The position numbers and the translations under genes were made by a program. A DNA stretch of 64,000 nt from Octopus bimaculoides (lineage: Eukaryota): positions 4,239,186 to 4,303,185 of the forward strand of contig NC_069007.1 in NCBI RefSeq assembly GCF_001194135.2, written 5' to 3'. The notes under the pieces were generated by a model. The model was not told the origin of the DNA and searched no databases. It was given only the letters and a program-made list of their open reading frames with translations. Of this stretch, positions 49,801 through 62,600 are shown piece by piece (the stretch's first letter is position 1; every line of letters starts with the position of its first letter).

Positions 49801-52800
49801 TATATATATATATATATATATATCATTTTGTTGTTGGCACTCCGTCGAGGGTTCCAGTTGATCCGATCAACGGAACAGCCTGCTCGTGAAATTAACGGGC
49901 AAGTGGCTGAGCACTCCACAGACACGTGTACCCTTAACGTAGTTCTCGGGGATATTCAGCGTGACACAGTGTGACAAGGCTGACCCTTTGAATTACAGGC
50001 ACAACAGAAACAGGAAGTAAGAGTGAAAGAAAGTGGTGAAAGAGTACAGCAGGGTTCGCCACCATCCCCTGCCGGAGCCTCGTGGAGCTTTAGGTGTTTT
50101 CGCTCAATAAACACTCACAATGCCCGGTCTGGGAATCAAAACCGCGATCCTATGACCGCGAGTCCGCTGCCCTAACCACTGGGCCATTGCGCCTCCACTA
50201 TATATATCAGAGCCATTGATAAAGGGTGGGGTGTCCTGTATGTCATTTTGTTTTACAGGAGTGAACAATGCAGGAACCATCTGTGAAGGAAGAATATTCT
50301 TTCTTACTCTAGGCACAAGGCCCGAAAGTTTTGGGGAGAGGACCAGTCGACTAGATCGACCTCAGTACGCAACTGGTACTTAATTTATCGACCCCCGAAA
50401 GGATGAAAGGCAAAGACGACCTCGGCGGAATTTGAACTCAGAACGTAAAGACAGACGAAATACCGCGAAGCATTTCGCCCGGCGTGTTAACGTTTCTGCC
50501 AGCTCATCGCATTCTGTGAAGGAAGAATATTAAAGGTTTCAAATGCGGCGAGCTAGCAGAATCATTAGCATTAAGATAAAAAAAAAAAAGAAAAACTAAA
50601 ATGTTAAATGCTTTTGTCAACTAAAAGATCAATTTGTTTTGTATTTACAACTTTTAAACAAAATTTCCTTTTAAATTTCAATGCAAATTTTAAAAAGAGT
50701 AATTTTTTTCCCCCCAGCATACCAGTGTAAAGGCAACGAATTTGTCTGCGGAAGTGGCAAATGTATCTCTAATGAATTCGTCTGCGATGGGATGTTTGAT
50801 TGTCTGGACCAAACTGATGAAATGAATTGTCGTAAGTAACAATAGGCTTTTGCTCAGACCCCCCATATTGCCAAGGTTTTATCATATTTACTTCGGCTTT
50901 TTTTTTCAATACCAAATTCAAGTCGTCCACATGTCCACACTTATCTGCTGTCTTCTGAAGGCGCAGGGAATGTATATGAGTGGGGCTGCGAGGCAGTTGA
51001 CTATCTTTCTCTCCTTTAAGAAGTAATAAATATGTTAACTTGATAAAAGAAATCTTTTAAATAAAGTTAAGAAACGTATTACATGGTACAGGTATGGTCG
51101 CGTAATCAAGATGCATCTTAGATTATAATTTTGGGTCAAGCAAAGTATCTATGTGCATTTCGTAAGAGAAACAATTGGTGGCGAGGGATTGTGCCACGTA
51201 CATGATATTTGAGCATACACTTCAGCCCATCCGATCTATAAACACTCGCACACTTTCATCTCTGCATGTACGTGGATAGGACTTTTCACTGCATCCATCG
51301 CCATAGAATTTTATAAAATACAAGAAACGAAATATTAGGAAATCTGTACAAGGTTAGTTTTAAATGGCGGAAGCTTGTATAAAACTTTTTCCTCTCTCTC
51401 TCTCTCTCTCTTTCTCTCTTTCTTTCTTTCTTTCTCTCTCTCTCTCTCGATTGTCACAGTAAGTTCCAGTGACAAGCATTGGCAGGCGACTTGTACTCTT
51501 TTGATTGCAAGTTTTATGTCAGTCTGTGACTCTTTTGCTCCGGTAAATGGGAGGGTCACTGCTTCCGTAGTCGAATGGAACAAAACCCTGAAGTATCGGG
51601 ACCTGGCAGTGAACTATCTCTTCTAACCTGTGGCGTTTGAGACGTTTTGAGGGACTGAACCACTAACGGCGAAGTTCTTGCCATCGTTGGCAGCTCGCCT
51701 CACCGAGGTGTCAGGTGATGCCCGTGAGGGCGCTTGGCTTTCCCAACGCCTTAGCCTCGCTATCGCCCGCGGTAACATCGCGAGCATGTTGGCTTGTTTC
51801 AGAAGGTTCCGTTGAACCTTGTGGTGTGCGACCAGTTGAAGCACTTGGTGCTACATTGATGTTTTTTTCTCCCCTTTTTTTCTTTTTTCCGCTTCTTTAT
51901 TTTTCTTTTCTTTGCCTTTATTTGTTAAAAACTATATTTGATAAAATAGTGTTATTATTTCCTTTCGAAAACAAATTTACAGAACGATGTGTTTATTTTA
52001 CGAGCGTGTCTCCTCTCCATACCATATAATTAGATTCGNNNNNNNNNNNNNNNNNNNNNNNNNNNNNNNNNNNNNNNNNNNNNNNNNNNNNNNNNNNNNN
52101 NNNNNNNNNNNNNNNNNCCATCAAACACTTCGTGATGTTAGATTTGTAGCGAGATTACAAATTACTTTCCTTAATGGCATCGCGTTTAAATAATGGAAAT
52201 AGTTGTTGAGAGTGATCTCCCTTTGTACTCTGAAAGTGATCTCCCCTTTACAAAGGCACATGGTGGTAGTGAATTCGATTTTTGTGTTGTGTTCTTGAGC
52301 AAGTCACTTTATTTCACGTTGCTCCAGTTCACTCAGCTGTAGTAATGAGTTGTGACGTCACTGGTGCCAAGCTGTATCGGCCTTTGCCTTTCCCTTGGCG
52401 TGGAGAGGAGCGGCTGGTTTGCATGGGTGACTGCTGGTCTTCCATAAACAAACTTGCCCGGACTTGTGCCTTGGAGGGTAACATTCTAGGTGCAATCCCA
52501 TGGTCATTCATGACCGAAGGGATTTTTTACCCCCAACTTTTTTTTATGAAAAAAATTTAAGCCAGGTAATAATTAAGCCGCATCACGAGTTGTTTTTAAT
52601 GCTTTTACTTTTTATATCTTTTTTCTCTCCGTAATCTTCAGAAATTAAGTGCAGCGGAAATGAATTTGCTTGCGATAGTGGCCGCTGTATTCCTGCTAAA
52701 TTTTCCTGCGACGGAGAATTCGATTGTGGCCCCGGAGATAGGTCTGATGAAACCAATTGTGCCGGTAAATGTCGTTGCATTATTTATTCTGTTACTATTG

Positions 52801-55800
52801 TCTTGGATTACAACCATTCTGGTTTTTACCTATTAGTTTTACTTTATTTTATATCTCGGTGAACAATTGCATCGTCGGTTACAAGTTATCACTACACCAA
52901 GCTTTGGTTCACACTACATTCCTGGCAGTGTGATTGACAAGAGAATCTCCATAAGAAGCACCCAGTACATTCTGTAAAGTGGTTGGCATTAGGAAGGGCA
53001 TAGAGCTGTAGAAACAAAACCAAAACAAACTATGGAACTTAGTGCAGCCTCTGGCCTTGTCAGTTCCTGTCAAATTATCCAACCCATGCTAGCATGGAAA
53101 ACGAATGTGAAATATTGATGATAGTTATATGTGCATGCTTGCATATGCACATACATGCATACATACATTACACACAAACAATATATACCTGTATTTTTGA
53201 TGAATAATCTTCTTTTTTATTTTCTAGTGATCAAATGTAAAAATCCCAGACATTTCCGATGTGGTTCAGGGAAATGTTTGCCATTACCTGTTCGTTGTGA
53301 TGGCCACGATGACTGCGGAGATGGAACTGATGAAATTGACTGCAGTACGTTAATATTTCCTATTGATTTCAATTTAAATATCCAAGGTCAAGTGTGCCTT
53401 CCATCTTTTCAGTTTCAACCAAAGAAGGTACCATTGAAATATTGGGAGATTTAGCTGAATTTACCCTCTTGCTAATTATATTTCATAATTTCTATTGTCC
53501 TGTATCAAGGAATTTTGTCAATCTTAAAAATATTTTGTTGTTACTGTGAGCAATGAGAAGACAACTGGTCTGAAATGTTAACATCTCACAGTCTAGGTAG
53601 GTGGCGCTGCAAGCTGATCTAGGTGTATACACACCATTTGTCGACAAGTGAGATATACTCTCCATGACAAAATGCAGTGAGTAGCTTGTTCCCCAGTTCG
53701 AATGTGCATCAAGTATATTCAGACCGATAATAACATTGCAATTTTACTTATCACTGCTTAGCATTCTCCCTCTGTAATTTGTTGTTACTGTTGTTGGTTA
53801 GTCTTGATTGAGCTGACCTGTGGTTAAAGGGCTCCCAACTCTGGCTACATTGTCTCCTATTGAATCTGTTTTGCAGTTTGTTAATCCTGTAATTCAGAGG
53901 AGATTTGGATGATGTTTCTAATAGAAAGCTTGCTCGCTGCTTGATTGCTTCATGCTCTTGTTTCATGGGGCTGGGAACATTCCAAGTTAGTGTTCTCAGA
54001 GACATCATCATGCATAGAGCTGACCAGGTCTGCCAGAGCTCTCTCCGTCGCTAGTTGTCCCATGCCAGCGCCTCTGTACCCTCCCAAGGTGACGTTGAGC
54101 TCTAGAGATCTTTCCCAATCCCATCCAACCATCTGGTGTAAAACCTTCCATCAGGCTCCTTTCAGCCCACAGCTGCTGCATTGAATGAGAGTAAAGCCAT
54201 GGTAGTTTGATCTAGCAGGAGATGGAGGACATGTCTGTACCACATGTGATAGACAGCTGTGTGGTGGGAGGCTGTGTAGGCACTGATGTATTCTTTGTTG
54301 GAATCATGGTAGTAGAATAGGTGACTGTATAGCAAGCTGGAGCCACTCTTAGAAATTCTTGTGTGCAACAGTGCTGGATTAGCAACATCTGTAGAGCAGT
54401 GGGCAAAATAACATGCAATATTTAGTTTTGTCCTTCGATTTACTGGTGCTCCAGTATGGCTGCAATTGGAATAAAGTACAAAGAGATGTTGAACATGATG
54501 GTGACATTGGAATGAGCTGGATGGAAATGAATCACTTTTACATCGTTAAGCTAATGAGAAGGTGATTACATAGTTATTCAATTGCTGAGACATGACAAAA
54601 CAAATGTTTTTCATATTACAGCCTAATATCTTATAAAAAGGAAGGACAAAGGTAGATATTGCGGTGCAAATTACAGGGTGTCCACAAAGTCTGGGTACAC
54701 AGGGATTAACACATACTTTAAGAAATTATTATTTCTTATATTTAATTGTTTATGTTATGATTTTATTTACTCCATGTAGCCAGACTTTGTGGACACCCTG
54801 TATAGAAAGGGAACACTTGCAATTAAACATCTACTGGGTCTGTGCTGATATGGGGGTGTAGGGGTGGGCTAAACAGTAGCAATAACAATTAACAATTACA
54901 TGAGGAATTAAAAAGCTTACATATAATATCTCTTGTACCTTGGCAGATTGCACGTGTTCAAACGAAGAGTTCACCTGTAAATCTTGTGATTGTATCCCTG
55001 CACAGAAGTTGTGTGATGGTGTCCCTGACTGCCCTCATGAGGATGATGAAATATGCCGTAAGTGTTTTCCTTTCTTCATCTTCTTCTCATTCTTCTTCTG
55101 TTCATTCTTCTCCTCCTCCTCCTCTCTCCTCCACCTTGCTCTGTACTTGTAGCTCAACCACCAACAACTTTCTCATATTAATATCCCACTTTTGCACAAT
55201 CGACAGACATGCTCTCCTCCCACACAGTAAGTAGTTTCCTTAACTTTTTTATCAGCAATGTATATATAGCCATGAAGAAGGAGCTTTCTGCAATAACGTG
55301 CTGTTTTAGTGAATTCTATGATCAAACTGGGGATAAAATGATTTACTTTAAAAAAAAAAATGTAATTAAACAGTAAACTATTTTTGACCTTGTTAAATCT
55401 TAAGTGCCTAATTGGTCAATTGGTCATTAAACTATGTATATAGGAATGTCTTTTTTTATTATTGTCTCTGTTCGGCTTTATGTCCATTCTGTATTGTGTC
55501 CATTTGACTTCTTGGCTTTGGCTTCTTGTCCTTCAGCCAAAGTGCATTCAACATCCTGTCCACACACAATATCCAGATGTCTTGGTTTTCTATTGTTCAT
55601 CCTTGTTTTCAAGCAATAATCCTGTTTTATTAATTAATTTTACTTTAATTTCCACCCTAAATCTCCATAAATATTTTGCAGTTTTTTTTTTTTATGTACG
55701 TGGTTTTTAAAACTCTTTCTAGCCTTTTGGAAGTACATCTTTGATTTAAAACTTTTGTTTTCATTAAAGTATTTTGAAAATCTTCACTTGAGCCCAATTT

Positions 55801-56572
55801 TAATGATGCATGTAGCTTGCAAAGACTTATTGGAGCAAGCGAAATCAGGATGGCACCTGTGCCCAGCGTTGCCTTTCTGGCACTTGTGCCCATGACATGT
55901 GTAAGGATTTTCGAGCGAGGTCGTTGCCAGTGCCCCTGGACTGGCTCTTGTGCGGGTGGCACATAAAATACTCCATTTTGAGCGTGGCCGTTGGCAGTAC
56001 CGCCTGACTGGCCTTTGTGCTGGTGGCACATAAAAGCACCCACTACACTCTCGGAGTGGTTGGCGTTAGGAAGGGCATCCAGCTGTAGAAACTCTGCCAA
56101 ATCAGATTGGAGCTTGGTGTAGCCATCTGGTCTCACTAGTCCTCAGTCAAACCGTCCAACTCATGCTAGCATGGAAAGCGGACGTTAAATGATGATGATG
56201 ATGATGTAGTTAATCAGGATTTGAACTTTGTATGGTTGGATTCAAAGCCATAGTAGCCTGGCCAACAATTCCTTGATACCATTAACCAACTAATAATCCA
56301 ATGGTATTCACCAATAATTTCATAAACGTTTGTGTTGTTGTCTTGTCAGAATTTCATATTCTGTAGTTACCTTTTAATTGTTTCAGTCATGAGATGGTGG
56401 CCATGCTGGGGTACTGCCTTGACCCCCAGTACTTATTTTATCTTTTAAGGCTAATACTTATTTTGTTGGTCTCTTTTGCTGAACTGCTAAGTTACGAGGG
56501 CATAAACACACCAATACCTGTTGTCAAGCAGTGGTGGGGAACAAACACAGACACAAAGACACATGCACATAT

Positions 56573-56607
<35 letters not shown>

Positions 56608-59600
56608 CCTCATCATTTAACGTCTGTTTTCCATGGGTTACGACAGGCTTCTTTTCAGTTTCCGTTTACCAAATCCACTCACAAGGCTTTGGTTGGCCCA
56701 AGGCCATAGTAGAAGACATTTGCCCAAATAAAAAAGTAAAAGATATTGTAAACTATCTTATAAAGTTCATTCTTTCTTTTGCCAGGCTGCAAACCTGGAG
56801 AGTTCACCTGTTCCAATGGGGAATGCATTGACAATGAAAAGGTATGCGATGGGGAATCAGACTGCAATGACACTCTTGATGAACAGATATGTCGAACAAA
56901 CAGTGAGTTGATATTTATTTTTTATGACTCTTGATGTCAAAGTATGAATTAAATGCTAAAACTTAAAAGCAATACATATCCAGTATTTTAAGCACTAATT
57001 TGAGAAGGAAAAGATTTGTGTGGTTTGCCTATCCACCATGCATTCATACCATGTAGTTCTGGGTTCACTACATCAATGGCTTTTTCCTGTTCCCATGCGA
57101 ATATTTGTCCCTTAGCACTGAACATATTTACCAGTTCTACCCTCATCCCACCAAATATTGTCAGTGTTATTTCTGTGGCTTATATAACCAATCAGGGGCA
57201 AGCTGATGGAAATAGCCAATCAGAGGCAAGCTGAAATAACCAATCAGAGCAAAGAACTCCCAGCCTTACCAGCTCATGTCAAGCTGTCCAACTCATGCCA
57301 GCATAGAAAAACAGACATTAAATGATGATGATGATATAAAGTGAAATATTTACATGCAAATTTTCCAGCTTTAAAAGAAAAATCTCTTCTTTTTGTTATG
57401 GAGATGTACTTGCATAGCAAGTGACCTGATCTGAGATCGTGTGCTGGAATGAAAACAATTGCAGCATGGAAGGTGTTTATAAGCCATTTAAGAAACACAC
57501 AAAAACCATTAGATTCACTTCAACATTTAAAGTTAATTTTCCAAAATATTTTCATCGCTTTAAGCCCACGACCTGTTCACTGACAAAATTCCGATTCATA
57601 TATATATATATATATCTATATATATATATACAATTGCAGCATGGAAGGTGTTTATAAGTCTTTTAAAAACACACAAAAACCGTTAGATTCACTTCAACAT
57701 TTAAATTTAATTTTCCAAAATATTTTCATCGCTTTGAGACTGCGACCTGTTCACTGACAAAATTCCATCACGTTTTTTGTGTGTTTCTTAAATGGCTTAT
57801 AAACACTTTCCACGCTGCAATTGTCTTCTTTTTGTTGTTAATGTATAATGTTATGTCCCCTCGTTGTCATCTGTTTGTACTTAAACACTGTTTTAACTCT
57901 CCGTTCTATTACAGAGACTACACCTTATCCTTCTGAATACACTTCGCGTAAGTATCCTTTCCTCCTCCCCCTCTATTTTTTTGTGATTTATTTCATGTTT
58001 ACTTATTTACTAAGGCTGAAAGCATCTGTTATTGCTTTAATATTTATTGATCTCTAACTGGCACCAGGCCATGTATTAAGAACAGGAGGTCATATAAATG
58101 ACCTCAGTATTTGGCCTGGTCTTCATTTGATCCCCAGCTGAAGGGAAATAAAAAAAAGCAAAGAAATGCCACAAAAGTTACAGGGTGGACCAAAAAGGCA
58201 CTCACCAAGATTAAAACTCAATGGAATTGCCAAAGATATGCTTCAGTTTTTCTAGAATTGAATGAAATAAAATGAAATACTGATGAATACAAACATACTT
58301 CTGCATGATGAACAAAATTGATAATAATAATAATAATAATAATAATGATGATGATGATGATGATGATAATAATAATAATAATGGTTTCAAATTTTAGCAC
58401 ATGGTCAGCAAGTTTAGGGTGGGGAAAGTCAATTACACTGACCCCAGTGTGTAACTGGTACTTATTTCCTCGACCCCAAAACAATGAAAGGCAAAGTTGA
58501 CTTCAGTGGAATTTGAACTCAGAATGTAAAGATGGACAAAATGCCACTAAGCAGAGGATGAGGGCTAGGGTTAGGGTTAGTCAACCTCAGTGGAATTTGA
58601 ACTCAGAATTTAAGGGCAGATGAAATTCCACTAAGCATTTTGTCTGGTGTGCTAATGATTCTGCCAGCTCACTGCCTCTCACGTAATATCAATAAAATGT
58701 CAAATGTTTTGGTGCTTGACTTCTGGCCCACCCTGTAGTTTTGTTCAATGTTCTGTTCATTCACTCTGACATCGTCTTTCCTACCTACAGAATGATAAAC
58801 ACTTTCTTTCCCTTGTATTTCTTGTTGTTGAATAGGAGTGATTGATCGTCTGGCTGTGTTTTTAAAGTTTAGCATGTTTTAATGGCTGTAGTTTGTCTGC
58901 TGTTAGGACTTGAAATACAGGTAAAAAGTACATAATAACGACTATGCAATGTTCCGCAAGACTTTGTGTGATTGTATCCAGAACATATTTTGTATATCCC
59001 ATGCATTTGAAGACATTTATATCAATATTTACTTACATAAATATATTTTTTTAATTACAAGTGGGTTGAAAGTTTATTAGTTTAAATGTTGTTTTTGCAG
59101 CCAGAAAAATAGAAGGAACCACTCTATTGCCTTTGATAACAGAAATATTCGGAACAGAACAGCCTACAGGTAGCTTAACCTATGAAGTATTCCTTTTATT
59201 TTTCAAATTATTTCTTCTTGAGAATAAAAAATAATATCGTTTATTAATTAAAAATTAGAAACAAGCAACAGGTCCGTTGATAAGGTTTGCTCACCTGTTT
59301 AACATTTGCCTGGTAGTCTCACGTCATGGATTATGACACTACAGAGGGCCTGTCACTCCATATTTGCTTCTAATGATATTTTAATATTTTATATATATTA
59401 AAACATGAATAGCAGAAAAGCTAATAACACTGATGTCAGTTATATCGATGTTCAGAGAAATGTAATGACAGGCAGAGTATAAAGAAAATGAACAAGCAAT
59501 ATATACAGATATGTGGTGTGTGTCATGTTTATTGGCTTAGTGGTCTTTTCTGCTTCAGTTTGATTCTTGTAATAATCTAATATGAAGGTGCATGGCCTAG

Positions 59601-62600
59601 TGGTTAGGCTGTTGCACTTACGATCGCTAGATCGTTGGTTTGATTCCCTGGTTGGGTAACATGTTGTGTTCTTGAGTAAAACACTTTATTTCACATTGCT
59701 TCAGTCCACCCAGCTGGCAAAAATGACTAGTACCAGTAATTCAAAGGGCCAGCCTTGTCACATTCTGTGACTCACTGAATCTCCTTGAGAACTACATTAA
59801 GGGAATGCGCTCTATGGATTACTCAGCCACTTGTATGTTAATTCCACAAGCAGGATGTTCCATTGATCAGATCAACTGGACCCCTCATTGTCATAACCGA
59901 TGGAGTGTCAGTTAGTTAATGCTATAAATTTCATATCTTATGATATATCGCCATCATTGGACACCTATTTTCCTTACACACATTACATATGAAGATTATG
60001 TATTAAAATCAATAATGGATTAATTATCCTCACTACTCTCAACACCACCACCACCATTACTGATCATCTTCGCATCATCACCCTCCTTTTTGAATTCGTT
60101 ATATTCCTTCATTGTATAATGAATATATATATATAAATGTTATATAAAATAAATAAATAAATAAACAAAGCAACAACTAGACACCACATGATATATCATA
60201 TATTGCTATAATTAGCTGATGAAATGTCATTAGAATCAATATTGACTCCCATAATTATGATTTCAGTATAATTCCAATAATATACCAGTTTTGATATTTA
60301 TCTATTTTATATCTTCTCTCACATAAAAGAACAGAATACATTGCAAAAAAAATCATACAAGATGAATGTAACGATATTAAACCATGGTTTATTCATCTTT
60401 CTTAATCATTTAACTTCTATTTTCCTTGCTGTCATGGATTATTCAACATGTATATTTGGTGAGGATTCCTAGGCATGCAAAGGCTACAGTAAAACTTTGT
60501 CATACAAAATCCAACTAAAATTGTTACTGCAATGATTTATTAAAAAAGTTAATGATATGATATATCAACTCTTGTTATGTAAACTGATGTTTCCATGTTC
60601 TATAGAAACGATTTCATACTTGTACATTGGTGATATATTTATGAATTTACTGATATATGTTTTATGCTTGTTCTTTAATCTGGCTGTTGATATTTTGGTA
60701 ATGTCTTCTAAAATTGATAATCTCGAAAATTGTCTCTTGCTGCCAGAAAGCCTTCAAGCAACAGAAATAACAACAAAAATACCGACAATTATGGGAACAA
60801 CACCAGTTGCATCAACTGCACCAGTTATATCAACAACATGGCAAACCATTTCAACAGAGACACCAGTTATGTGGACGACAGAAGGGAAGACTTGTGTTGA
60901 TATCAATGGTCTGTCAAGCACAACTTATATCAAAGACGAGTGGATACAAACTACAGACAATACCATTCCAGGATACCGTTTAAGACCACTTGATGCACAA
61001 GGCAGACATGGAGAGGAAGTGTTTGAGAGTTCGGCTGCACTTGTTGTGATTACTGTCCAACTGAGTGATAATTATGATGTGTCTTTGAGCAGTTTACAGC
61101 TAATTGTTCACAAAAATATTAAAAGCTTTATGATAAAGTACAGCAAAGTAGGAGCAGATCATTATAAGCCATTTGGAAAGGTAGTTACTGAGTAATATAA
61201 TTGTTGTCTTTTATAAAACTTCATTTTACAAATAATTAACAAAGTTTTTAGAATATTTCAAATATAAATGGAATTCTTTCATGAAATCAAAAAGAATTCT
61301 ACAACTTGTAACGTTGCTGATTTGTCAGTATTGAATTCAACATCAATCACTGGTCAAAATGAAATCTCATTTCTGTTTGTAGAGACCTGTGTCATCGTTT
61401 GATAGAATCAGTATATGAATGGTAAAATGACCTATTGACAGAATCGGTAGAACATTGGAGAAATGTTTGAATTCTGAGTTCATATGCTGGAGAAAACGTT
61501 AATGTTTTACCTATCCAGGGTCAATGAACTGTCTACCATTCATGTAAAACGCTTAAATTTCCTGCTTTTTCTCTCTCTCTCTCTCCATCAGTCGACTTCT
61601 AATTTGAAAAGATTGTGGCTGAATAAAACCAGTGTCCTTTACTCCTTACAAATGTGGAAAGGGATAAAATGTAGTGTCTAATAACCTCTTCATATTTCAC
61701 CTGCCACAGGAGGCGCAATGGCCCAGTGGTTAGGGCAGCGGATTCGCGGTCATAGGATCGCGGTTTCGATTCCCAGACCGGGTGTTGTGAGTGTTTATTG
61801 AGCGAAAACACCTAAAAGCTCCACGAGGCTCCGGCAGGGGATGGTGGCGAACCCTGCTGTACTCTTTCACCACAACTTTCTCTCACTCTTACTTCCTGTT
61901 TCTGTTGTGCCTGTAATTCAAAGGGTCAGCCTTGTCACACTGTGTCACGCTGAATATCCCCGAGAACTACGTTAAGGGTACACGTGTCTGTGGAGTGCTC
62001 AACCACATGTATGTTAATTTCACGAGCAGGCTGTTCCGTTGATCAACTGGAACCCTCGACGTCATAATCGACGGAGTGCCAACAACAACAATTTCACCTG
62101 CCACAAATTCTGGTCAAAGAAACCAGTAAATGTTCTGGAATCTGATATTTTGAGATACTGTATAATACAGAGAAGATAAAACGAAATCTCCTGCTATTTG
62201 TCTGTCTATCTCACTCCCTGTCTGTCTATATACATACATACATACACACACACACATATCGTGCATAAACATTTCAATGAATATTTGTAATTACTACAAT
62301 ATCCTTTTCCTTTCATCAAAGATTTATGATTTAATTTAAATCTTGGTCATGTTTCAAGGAGAGTACATAAAGGAGTCAGTTTCATAAAATTTGATGCTAT
62401 TTTGAATACATATCATCAAAGATATACCATGTTGGATAGAACTGGCACCAAATTTCACATCACAGTAACGATTTAGGAATAAAGGACATGTCTTCATAAT
62501 ATTTCTGAGATTCATTTATTTGTGATTTAAGATTTCATCTTATTACAAGATTTAGGGAAATGATTCTTTGACTGAACTCTTTGATTCCAGAATGTTTGAT

